Of a DNA stretch of 64,000 nt, positions 1 through 14,163 are shown one piece after another. Position 1 is the stretch's first letter. The number at the start of each line of letters is the position of its first letter. Below the pieces are notes generated by a model. It had not been told where the DNA came from and did not search any database. It saw only the letters and a program-made list of their open reading frames with translations. Source of the stretch: Cercozoa sp. M6MM (lineage: Eukaryota > Protista > Endomyxa: Ascetosporea). The DNA lies in the NCBI GenBank assembly GCA_040357565.1, contig JBDODJ010000034.1, one strand, 5' to 3'. The translations under genes and the position numbers were made by a program.

Positions 1-29
1 TATCTTTTTCTCTTCCTATGCGTACTCAG

Positions 30-3000
30 GATGGAAGCACGTGTGACCACCAAGATTGTCGAATTCCTCAAGCTTAAAGTCAACGACCCGTGCGTTCTGC
101 TGTGTGTCCTGTGTGTGTATGACTTGTCGTTACCATACAGGAAAGAGACACAGTCGGTCTTGATTCTGGCGGCCTTGTTGCCGCTTCTGGGACTGCGTGA
201 TTTCGGTACCTCTGTCTATGTGCTCACGCAAACGTGTCCACCGGAATAACACTCACGTGCGCAGGTGCGCAAGTGACGGCACTGAACCTGCGACGCCGTG
301 CAGCCGATGCATGTGCCCGAGTGGTCGCCAAGTACACCGAGGCGGCCGACAATGATGAGTACCACGTGTCACACTGTCTCTAATGTGACTGACTGACTGA
401 GTGTGCGAACCGCTGTTCGTGTGTAGTGGCAGCTCCGAGTGCGCTTGCATCGCCTCCATATTTGATCGGTACTTTTTTTGTGTATTGGCGAGAAACGTAC
501 CAAGGAGCAGTAGGTATGTGTGTATGGATGTAGTTGCGTGGCTCTGTGCGAGCAAACTTCCTCTCATTTTCGCGGAAAGTTCGGCGCTGGTTCCTTGCGT
601 TTCCTGCTGCAGCAGTCACAGGCGTACCTTCTCCCTGGATGTCTGCTCCCTTCTGAAGTTGCTGTCCACTCAGACTGGCCTACGAGGTGGTCACGCCACT
701 CCTGCGTCGTTTCTGTCAACTTGTCGATTTGGACACGTTGGGTGTGTGTCTTTGTATCTGTCGCTTTTCTCGGTATCACACCGCTCGGTATCCCTTGCTC
801 GCAGTGAGCCAGACCGACGCCAAGGTGGAAGACGGCACTCTTGAGCAGCTGGCGGAGGTCTCGCGCGAGATCTCTCGCTTTGAAGCCTACCTGCGGCACG
901 GCAGAGACCAGTGCGCTTGCCTCTTGATTCTCCCTGACACCAGCCCTTTACTCCCGCACACACACACACACTTACACACACACTCATACACTTACACACA
1001 CACACATACACACACACACAGGGCCATGAAAGAAGAGGAAGCGACGAAACTGGCGGCGCTTGCGCACATCCAGGGTAGAGCCTGTTTGTTCTTTCGTTCC
1101 CCCTGGTGTTATATACTTCGACACAGAAGGCAAGGAGGCCGACGCGAGTGCTCTGTTTCTGCTGTGGCAGCAGCTTCTATCGGAATGTCCAAACGACGGT
1201 TTCTTCGACGGTGTGAGTCGATCGCTGCGTGCGCCGGTTCTAGGAGCTGAGGCTACGGTGTTGCGCAGTCGGCTGCACCGTCAGTTGACACTGAGCGATC
1301 AGAGCGCACGTGACCACAAAACTGATGAGTGCGAACGCGAGTTGCACGACTTGCTGCACCGTCTGCAGTCAACACAAGTCACGTTGGAGAAACGCTTCCT
1401 CGAGTCGCGTGTTGCCATGGTACCGCTGACCTGTCCTCTCATCTTAGTCAGTTTTCACTTGCTCACTATGCACTGTCATACAGGCGATCACTATGGACGA
1501 GCGCGCTCGTGGCAGACTCACGAGGTAGCTAGTCTACTCTGGTCTTCCCGTTCTCTCCATATCCCCCTGTAGTACTGCCGTGGACGACGTGTTCTTCGTG
1601 GTCAAACAGAGTTGTCTGCGTGCCATCAGCACACGCGATGCGCCCACCGCCTGTGCTGCACTCAATCTGGTAGCCTTCTTACTGCCCCCTTCCTCCTTTA
1701 ATCGTACATTTTGTGTGAACTCTGTTCAGGCCATAGCAGCATTGGACACTGACCTGCTGTCGTGGATCTCCGCGCGGCTGCAGACGGCACTCGCGTCGTC
1801 GGACTCGAGTTACACGCAACTGTTCGTGTCACTTAATAATGCTGGTACCAGTGTATGTAGGTGCACCGCAAAGAGTGCAGTTCGGAGGTGTTGCCGTGCT
1901 GGTGTGCAGGAGTGGCAGCTGACCATGTGGGCACTCTCAAGACGGCGCTCGAGCAGGAGGTGACGACTGTATTCGCCAGCGAGAAGGGTGACAAGGAGAC
2001 CAGTATGCTCACGCATGTGCTCGACGAGATGGCCCTGCTAGCACCTCGCTTTCACCAGGTACCTGCCTGCCTTACCTTAACCCACCTACCTTACCTACCT
2101 AACTTACCTACCTACCTTACCTACCTAACTTACCTACCTAACTTACCTACCTAACTTACCCATCGTACCTACCTACCTCCTTGGTAACCCTTCTTTACTT
2201 TGCTGCCACATTGCACACGAGCAGGAACGTTCGCTGTCGTTGCGCACGTTCGTGAACAAAACCTTGCGTCCCAGAATCGCTGCTCTCAACGCTGACTTTG
2301 GGGTACTCTTGGGTCGCTCTCTTTGCCCCTTTTCTCCCTTTAGCCTCCCTCTTTTCAATATTTCCCTGCTGTCAGTGCGACCTGTCGCGTGTCGATGAGG
2401 CGCAGTTTGTGCGACTGTGCCAGGCTGGCGATGCCGACTTTTCGCAGGAGGGTGCCTTACCCTTACTCTCCTCCCCTTTACCCTTCTACCCCATGTTATA
2501 ACCATCAGTGGGGGCTTCCTGGCAAGAACAAGCGCACGCTGCTCTCGCCGGCGAGCTGGCCGTCTCTTTTGCCGCACGTGTCAGGCACGCCCTTCAGCCG
2601 GTACCTCTGGCTCTAACGAGTTTACGAGTTTGCACCCTTCAGAATATGTAAAGACACTTTTATTGTGCAGACCATGGTGTCACTGCGTCGGGCACTGACG
2701 GCGTGCAACCTGGAAGACGCTGTGCTGCACGTGGCACGTGTCGTTACCGACGGCGTCGAGTCGCGTCTTTTTGGTGGCCACTGGCGTTTCTCCCAGTGGG
2801 GTGCTATGGTACAACCGTCTGTTCCCGCATGTCTATCGTACGTGTCTGTGTTTCTGGTGTCCAGTTGCTCGAACAACAGTTGCGCCTTTGTCGCTCCTTC
2901 TTCGCGTCCTTTGCTGCCACGGCGGCACGCGATGCCTTCGATCGCCTACTTCGCTGCGCCGCGGTGTTGCAGGTACCCCGGGCTTGACGTGTCTTCAAAC

Positions 3001-3201
3001 TTTCTTTGGCGGGTCTGGGGGTGGGTTGGGTTACTCCTCAGCACGCAGTGCGAGCGACCTGAGGACGCGCGCGAGTTGCTACAGATGGAGCAGCGGCTGC
3101 ACAAGGGTCAGCGCCGACTGCTGAGCAGCGAGGCTGCCACGCTGCTCGCCATGCGCGTTGACGTGCAGCGCGACGACATCCTTCGTGTTTTGAGCGATTA
3201 A
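30..3201 (+). CDS. COG4: Conserved oligomeric Golgi complex subunit 4 (5' end lies outside the window; about 18 introns in the window)
   Basis: Spliced translation gives VDDVFFVVKQSCLRAISTRDAPTACAALN, FSQWGA..QLEQQLRLCRSFF...RDAFDRLLRCAAVLQ and terminal RLLSSEAATLLAMRVDVQRDDILRVLSD*. These match recalled COG4 motifs (VDDVFYIVKKCIGRA; RLTPAEVRQVLALRIDF). Confidence 0.85.
2059..2180 (+). repeat. Intronic (TACC/ACCTAACTT)n low-complexity repeat
   Basis: Tandem ACCTAACTTACCT-type units directly follow the donor CAG|GTACCTG in a COG4 intron. Confidence 0.9.
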
Positions 3202-3626
3202 CTTCTATGGGCAATCCGTTGTTTGACTCTGTTACATATCAATAATTGTCCGGTAACTGCAGTACACAGCACTCAACGCGGTAGTTTTTCTTTTTTTTTA
3301 ACGTTTTGGTGACCAAGCCAGTCCAAACGGACCGAAGCTCCTGGGCCAAGGCGTGAACTGTCGGTTCTATCAACGCGTGTTTCACCAGTGCCTGTGGCAC
3401 TAAGAACTGAATATCACGCCAACGACGCACAAAGAGTGCTGTATTTCGCGTTTTTACTTGCCTCACTTGATCCGCGTCGCTTGTCACTGCTTGCAAGTTG
3501 ACACTATCGTCATCGCCTCCAATGCTCAAGCAGTCGCCAGTGCTGGCGCCGTTGCCGGCAAGTGTGGTTTGTCTGCCTTACGTGCTTATGTCTGCCACAA
3601 GTGCATATGTGTCGTAGCTGTCGAAC

Positions 3627-5782
3627 ATGGACATTGAGGAGCTTGCCTACGATAGCGCGGGTTCACTGTTGCGACACGCTGCGACAGAGGGTTCTTTGCC
3701 GGAATCGGTCCGTGCAGGTATTGTAAAAAACCCCCGATCCTCAAAGAGTGCTACCCCGTGTGTGGCCCAGTGCTCCGCTTGCAAAAGCGTCGCATCGCGT
3801 ACCGAGCGCTCTTTTTGTTTTTAAAGAATGGTGCGGCTGCCTATTCGTTCAAGGCTGCTCTGAGCATTCTGGTACCCTTCAACCGTCATGTTCTTGTTGC
3901 TTTTGATGTTCACTTGATACCCCTTATTGTTCAGGGCACACTGTTGGCACGGCCGAAGCGGCTGTTGCGACGACCGCGTGCCGTGCTGCGGGCAGCTTTC
4001 GGCGTCGACTCGCTGCGATTTGGCGCTTCTGTAGCCTCCCTTGTGTCTTTTAACCCCTCCCGTTTACGCCTTGGTGATGCATAGGTGGGTGGTGCCACGG
4101 GTGTCTACAACCTACTGCTGCGCTTCCTGCGTCGGTTCCGTCAGAAGGACGACTATTTCAACACTGCAGTCGCCGGTTTTGTGTCAGGTCTGATGCTGCG
4201 CTTTGATACCCCTGTACGTTTCGTCCCCTGCCATCTTTTCTCACCGTCATTCCAGACTTTGGTCTGTAGGGAAGGAGACGCACAGTCGCGACGTACTTTT
4301 TCTGTCGTGCTATTGACTTTCTGTGCAGTGCGTTGGCCAAGCGAGAGGTACTATTGTCCTTGTCACCTGCTTGCTGCCGTTGTTATTCCCACGACACTTC
4401 TGTGTTATGCAGATGCACTTGCTGCCGGAAGCGATGCGTCCGCATGTTGTCACTGCTCTTTTCCAGATTGGTACACACCCTCCCTCTGCTGCCTTATCCC
4501 TGTCACACCTGTGTCTGTAGCCAGTGCAGTCATCATGTACGCGTGGCACGTGTACCCGGATGCGCTGCCCAAGTCTTACCACAGGTAGTCCACATGCCTT
4601 GGGGTATTTATTCATTCTGACTCCTTGGGCAGGTGGATCAGTCACAAGGGACACATCGATCACCGAACTCGTCAGGCGATCGAAGACATCTGTCAACGTG
4701 GCGGTCCCACCAAGTACTTTGTCTCCTTTCTTCCTTCGTCCTTCTCCACCTCCTTACTTCCTTGTCTTCAGGCACGTGGATCTTACAAGCTGGTGCCAGG
4801 AGTGGAACATGCCGCGTGACTTCTCCAAGGTCGAGTATCCGCGTCGACTGCCATGTCAGGTAGAAACACAATATACCTAGGTGGCCACGGGAGGGGGCAA
4901 CCGCTGAATATACCTAGGTGATGCACCCGTGGTCGCCGCACAGCTGCACCAAAGGCGCCGCCATGCAGTGGTTCTACGGCATCGGTCGGGCACTGCCCGT
5001 CTACTGTACCCTCTTACCCCTTACTCTGACCCCTTGACCCCTTGGAGCTGTGCTTTTTCTGGCAGTGCCGGTGCACTTGCTTCCGCTGCTTTTGTTCCGC
5101 TTCGGCAAGCTGCGCAGTGTATTACTGTCTTATGCTTGTGTTCATGTATTGTCATCTGTACTGTCCATGCGTACTGTACGTTTGACGTAGGCGCCGATTG
5201 AAACGCTGCGCCGTGTCACGTTTGCTCTTGTGCGCAGTTCCGTCTTTCTTACCTCGTTCCAAGGTACCCATTTGTCCCTTCCCTTCCGTTATTCCCTTAC
5301 CTAACCTGTAATAATTTCTCCTAGGATTCTTCTGGTTCGCGTGGTGTCACTCGCGTAATCTGCTTGGTTTCGACCACCGCTACACGGTAACATTATGGCC
5401 TCTTTCTTTTTCTTCCGCTGACTTGAGTTGCATGGCCTCATGTCTGCTGTATTTGTGCAGACGGCATTCGCCGGTCTCTGGGCCGGTCTGTCGATCCTCA
5501 TCGAGAAGCAGTCGCGTCGACGCGAGCTGCTGCTGTTCTGCATGCCTCGCGTGCTGGAGGCGGCGTTTTCCATCGCACGCAAGAAGGGAATGCCGCGCGT
5601 GCCAGGCGGCGACGTTCTCCTGTTTGGTCTCGCAATGGCCATCACAAGTACTGCCTCTCTGTGTCACTTTGTACCCTGCTCATGTGAACATATGTGCTGC
5701 AGTGCCGATCTTTGAACACGACAAAAATGCCGACGTCATGGGCGACCGCTACCGCAAGATCTTGAGCATGCTTGTTCGGTAA
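3627..5782 (+). CDS. TMEM135: TMEM135-like multi-pass (peroxisomal) membrane protein, 14 introns
   Basis: Spliced protein contains GRRRTVATYFFCRA, IMYAWHVYPDALPKSY, LPCQVMHPWSPHSC, RSSVFLTSF, IEKQSRRRELLLFCMPR and GDVLLFGLAMA, which are typical of the TMEM135 family. Confidence 0.85.
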
Positions 5783-5861
5783 ACGGAAAGCGATTGAATT
5801 TCTTCTCAACACAGTTAAATAGTTGCCTTAGTTGGGTCTTACATTATAAGAAATCAACTGC

Positions 5862-6180
5862 GTAGTTCCCCTTATTTTGATCTGTATTGATTGTGATGGG
5901 ACGATGGTAACGTTCCAGGTACCCACGCGGGATCCGGCCTTAATCGAATGGCCCGTGCTTTTTGCACATGGTCCTCCTACCGTGTCCAGTGCACTAAGTT
6001 TTCGTACCGTGTCTAGTGCACTAGGTCCTCGTAGCATCTCAGTATGCCAGCCAGCCACCTGTCCCAACCTTGAACAAGATGTCCCGTTCTGGGAAACTTC
6101 AAAAGGGGAGTTGCATGGCCCACCCTCAGCGGGTGGTGGACTACGGCCATGCACTTGTGACCCGCCCCAAGACTGGTGCA
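5862..6180 (+). mobile_element. Putative non-autonomous (MITE-like) dispersed repeat, copy 1
   Basis: Starts with GTAGTTCCCC. Segment 6075-6180 is similar to 61712-61820 and to the reverse complement of 6229-6320. Contains an internal tandem duplication TACCGTGTCYAGTGCACTA. Confidence 0.55.
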
Positions 6181-6218
6181 AATAGCTGGTTTCTTAGTAA
6201 ACTGAACTAACTAACTAC

Positions 6219-6320
6219 GTAGTTCCCCTGCATCTGTCTGGGGGTGGGTTACAAGAGCAAGGTCGTGTCGGTCGCCGCCCGCTTAGGGTAGCCACACAAG
6301 CCCCCCTTTGACGTTCCCCA
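6219..6320 (-). mobile_element. Same repeat family, inverted partial copy 2
   Basis: GTAGTTCCCCTGCATCTGTCTG...CCCGCTTAGGGTAGCCA...CCCCTTTGACGTTCCCCA is the reverse complement of the 61730-61831 and 6091-6180 segments, with substitutions. Confidence 0.65.
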
Positions 6321-6559
6321 AACGACGACGTCGGGGCGGGCGCCGAGCGGCGCGCTACTGTTAGTTAAATGAATCAACGCACCGCACGCACTGAGTCAGC
6401 TCGAATCAACCCTCAATCTCGTATAGCCAGTGTACGGCAACACCGTTGCATTGCATGCAGTTGAGAGCGGCTAAAAATGTAGCACGCTCCTTCACTCCGC
6501 ACTTTAACTCGAGAGTAAGCCGGACTGGGAGGCAGTGCAGCGAGTCACAGCGGTGTATT

Positions 6560-7955
6560 TCAATAATGATGCGTGGTTTTCCAGTCGTCATAGTACGAGC
6601 TGACAACCGGGACCCCTGTGCAAAAAGACCATGTGAAAAACTCAAACAACTCAACCTGACTGATATGTACTTCACAGGAAAGATACAAGCAATGTCGATG
6701 CCGTCAAGGAGATGGCCCGCGATCGCCGTCCAGTAGAAGAGTGTAACAGGCACGACGAGTTTTCGCATGTGGTGCAGGCCTTGCTCCATTTCCTCGTGCA
6801 CACCGTCATCGTAGCACTGTTTGCCATTCAAAATTCGCAAGTCAATACGGTAGTTACTAAGAATTCGCAAGGCAACACGAAATACTTGTGTCGTACCTGC
6901 GGGAGTGCATCGTCATCGACCAGAGTGAATACATGCAGCGACCAGTGCTGCGCACTCAGAGCAGCACAAGCCAGGCACGCAGTCAAAGCCGCCAGCAACA
7001 CCTGTACGAAGGTTTGCTTTCAGTCGTCCGCCAGCAACCCAGGGAACAAACGCAAAATAAAGGTGCATTTACGTGCAGGTTGTTCTTTGCCCAGATGAGT
7101 TGGCGTGTGCCGAACCACAGTCGGAGCACAAACACACTGTGCAGCCCGAACACAAAGTGTAATCAGTATGCCCGACTGAAAGCAAAAAGCTTAACTGACA
7201 CAAACACGCAAACTTGCAAAGCGGCCAGCACAACAAAGCCGATCATGAGACTTTGGAGACGCCAGAACCTGCCAGTGTGCACAATATTAGACCTGAGGTT
7301 TTCTGTAATGGAAACAGGTCGTTGAAGGTACTCATGCTGCACGGGACCGCCGGTCATCGAGGGCAAACAGCAGTTAGTATAGTCCTGTGCATTGACGTCG
7401 CTGCACTGTTCGGTGACTCCACTGCATATAGACACGTTGAAAGACAGTGAGAGACAACAAAAGAGAGGGCACAAATCGTTTAATCCGGTCGAGATCCACG
7501 GACATGTGTGGTCGCCAGTGTCGATACTGCATGCACATCGTATGCACAAATACAGAAAAGGAACCTGTATCAATTGTGTACCAACACAGCGGTTGTTGTG
7601 ATGCAGGTGATGGACACAAAGTGTCCTCTTTCGCCACTAGGCACAATAGAACATGTCGGGACAGGTGGAAAAAGGCAGGAAGAACAAGCAACTTGTACCT
7701 TTGGCGAAGTGTGCCGTGGCTGCCAGTGCCGATGCAGCGATTAAGCCGGCACAGGTCAATTGAAGCACCTCGCGTGCACCGCACAGCCAAAGCAAGAAGT
7801 GTCTCTGTGTACAGTCAACATATTTGACTCTGACTCTTTCCCAGCCTACCTTTCCTGGCAGTGAAGACTCACCTTGGCACCAGGCAGTTTGCGAAGTTTC
7901 CCGTCATCACATTCCGACTCGCCGCGTCTCTTTAGTTTGTTCAACAAGTCACACA

Positions 7956-7987
<32 letters not shown>

Positions 7988-8328
7988 GTACACACAGTAT
8001 GTGTTTGATACAGAGAGACAAGTACCTTGTTGCCAAAGCAGATGAGAGCAACGAGCAGCGACACAAAGGCTATGCCGGCACACATGGCCACCCAGACGTA
8101 CCTAGGCAAGCACATCAATAGGAGTAGGGGTAGTAGCACAGGACAACAAGACCAGACAAGTGGTACCACTCGAGGCCCTTGTATTTGAGAGACGCATCCA
8201 AAAGCGGCCGCTGCAGTGCGAGCGTTGCTACTGGTGCACCTTGTGGCTTGCGATGGAAGCCGCTGCCAAAGTCGCCATTAACCTGTGTACGTATACACAT
8301 TTAGTGTACACACACACACGCACACACA

Positions 8329-8366
<38 letters not shown>

Positions 8367-9588
8367 AGAAGCACAGTACCGAGAAGTAGACACCTGCCGA
8401 GACATCATCGGCATCACCAAAGAGCGTTTGCTGCTCGGTCTCTGTCAGCACAATGGCGCAACGCCAGTTGTTCTTGTGCACAAAGCCGACCGAGTAGACC
8501 GTGTGGCCTATGCAACAACACACACACACACACCCTTATCTTCCCAACTGAGGCTAGCGACCCTGTGTGTGTGGAACCATTCTCTGTAACGAAAGCGCAA
8601 GAAGCACGCGGCATCAATGTCGATGTCGTCAATGTCTATTGTTAATTGTTTAGACATACACGCAAAGACAGAGACAACGTTCAGAGACAGCACCTCAATA
8701 CGCAGGGCCTCGTTGACACGCGCGATCTCGTCGTTAAAATTCTCGTTTTTCAAAGTGAGCAGTCTCATCGCCGGCGACACTTCCTGCACTGCGAACCGCG
8801 CTGCCTCAAACAGAGGCACGTCACGGACTACGCCTACGTCCTGCCACGGGTCGGATTCAGACACACGCCACTGCCATGTGCCTGCGACCTGCGTTGCGCC
8901 GACGATCCAGTCGCTCGACAGAGTGCAGTACTTGTTCTGTACGGCACAGAGGCCAAATCTAGAGGCTATATCAAGCAAAGATACCAACACAAATGTGTGC
9001 ATACATGGTAGTCCTCATCGTCGACGCTGATTGAAGGCGCGACGAATGTTCCGTTGCTGCCACCTTCGTATTCCACTTCGAAGCGGCACTGCACCTGTTC
9101 CGACGAAGGTGGTGAGTTGCCACCAAAGGTGACACCGATGGGAACCAGATGGTTCTGTCGCACTGTGACCCACGAGTCGTTGTAGAAGTCAGTCTGTGTG
9201 TGTGTGTGTATAGTGCACTTCATCTCGTTCACCTCTTGCTCTTACCCCCCCCCCCCCCCCCGGCCCAGAACCAAGGTACGATCGTGAAAACGGTGTCATT
9301 GGCATCGCTTGCTCGACGCCAAGCCGCCACTTCCGGCGACGAAAAGTCCTGCCACGCATAGACCTCACACGCATCCACACCTAGTGGCAAAACCTTGTCT
9401 TACCAGAGAAGAGGAGGATAACGTTTCAATGTAGCGGTCAGAAGGCGCCACCTGTGCGAGTCAAAACACTTCGTAAAACACCCTCATCCGGCGAGAACTA
9501 AGGACAATGGAACGGCGAGACCGAAGGCGACCTGCCCGTACTGCGCCAGCACCGTGCGCGACAACAGTAAGGCAAGGCACGCGCGCAT
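6560..9588 (-). CDS. Orphan membrane protein: signal peptide, large ectodomain and several C-terminal TM helices
   Basis: Spliced start MRACLALLLSRTVLAQ. Hydrophobic exons YVWVAMCAGIAFVSLLVALICF, SLMIGFVVLAALQ, VLLAALTACLACAAL and LVVPVTLFYWTAIAG. No family recognised; some internal exon frames are ambiguous. Confidence 0.6.
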
Positions 9589-10552
9589 GGCGAAACAATC
9601 GAGAAACTAACCCCTCAACCAGGTAAACCGTCCGTGCGCAAAAGGAGCCCCGTCCGGCGGAAATCAATCACTCACTCTTCTAGTGCTCTAGATATACTAG
9701 AACGCGTTTGTGCAGCATTAACCCACGCCGGCACTCGCTGATTGGTAAGAATATCGCGGCACTGTAGTACGTTTCATGAGAAGGAGTATTGGTCACGCTT
9801 ATTAGATATATTATAGTGTCTCCAGGTGTGCACAACGATAGGGCAGCACAATGGCACTCCAATTCGGCGTGCAACAGGAATGGCACTCCAAGTCGGTGAC
9901 CTAAGTTGGTGACTTGTTTTCGTATCAACCAGCTTTGCTGTTGTGCTACAGTAATTCCCCAGGAGCTACAAATTCTCCCGTAAGTTCGTGTAATTTCACC
10001 CCGTACGGCCCATCTGTCGATGAACGGTGACGCGGGAACACGGGCAGAAGGTGCAGTGTCTCGCTCGTCGCCGCAAATTCCGAATGGATTAGGGGCGCTG
10101 CGAAGTCGCAGATGACGTGCGCTACGTCGCTACACAACAGCTCTTTGGACCTAAGTACAGGGAAATTGCAACAGAGCCGGTGAATTCGGCATAAATTCGC
10201 GAAAGGTCAATTTACAGTTGGGGGACACAAAGTCCGACCTCTGGTGTCGACTCTAATTAGCTACGAAATTGCCTATGTGGAAGTCCGACTGACTTGACTC
10301 GGATTACTTTCACTTTCATGTGTCAGTGTGCTTGACTGTCTGATCCACCAGCTTGCTTCGCTCCGGAATCTACGTGCACGCAAAGAGACACAACCGCTGG
10401 TGCGAGAGTACGTGCGTCTGTCGCGACGGAACTGAGTCGTGCAAACGCGCAAATTGCTGCATGACAAAGAGACAGAGTAACCTAGGCAAACGCGGTCAGT
10501 TTATGCTTGGTTGAACTCCAGTTTTTGAAACTAGCACATTGTCCTGGGCAGC

Positions 10553-13025
<2,473 letters not shown>

Positions 13026-13043
13026 CGCCAGAAGCCCGAGCAT

Positions 13044-13913
13044 TTATAGCCTCAAAGCCATAGTAGTGTGGGCTACCGTTAATGCTACCGCATTCTTTGC
13101 TTGTACTGGCTGTCGAAAGCGAAAATGTGACCAAGTCGGCACAAGATCAATCGCCAATGCCGTGCTGTACAATAGCAATCAAACATGCGTACCGGCGAGA
13201 GAGAGAGAGACACACACACACACACACACACACACACNNNNNNNNNNNNNNNNNNNNNNNNNNNNNNNNNNNNNNNNNNNNNNNNNNNNNNNNNNNNNNN
13301 NNNNNNNNNNNNNNNNNNNNNNNNNNNNNNNNNNNNNACAACGAATGAGAGGAAGCCCACCTTCGTAGGTTGCAACTTGTGTGCCTTCTTCAACAGCAAG
13401 CGCGCTGCAGACTGACGCAGCACAGTCTGGGGGGGGGGGGGGGGAATAAAAAAGATAAGTCTACAGGAGAACAGCACGGGGACAAGTACCGTGTCACCCT
13501 CTGCCGTGCAGAAGTTGTCCATGTCGGCGCGCAACTCACCGACACGAGCGCCTTGCGAGTATCCATGCCCACTGCGCAGTTATCACGGGGTTAATACGAA
13601 AGGAAATATCTGCCAAGGAAAGTAAAGAGAGTACCCGCACATGATACGCAAACGCGACAATCGGTGGAGTGACCACTCGCCAATCGTAGCCTTAAGACCA
13701 CTGATACGCGCGTGGAAGTCGGCTGTGGCACCCTCTGAAAGGACAAACAACAAGTCAAGAGATAATGCAAACGAGCGTAGCAGTGCGTACCACGAACGTA
13801 GAGCTGCGTTAACTCAAAGGTGTGCATTGCATAGACGAAGCTCTCGGCCACAAATGACGACAACGCGCGCTGATGCGTCGTGTAATCCTTCAGCAAGGTC
13901 TCTTCTTGACCTG

Positions 13914-13962
<49 letters not shown>

Positions 13963-14076
13963 ACCACACTGATGCACTAAAAGCAGCAGTACCAGGAGCA
14001 CCAAATTGACGACGCTGGTACGCGTACCGCGTAGCAATCAACGTGCCGAGCTGGACTGCAGCCACTGGACCAGCAC

Positions 14077-14163
<87 letters not shown>

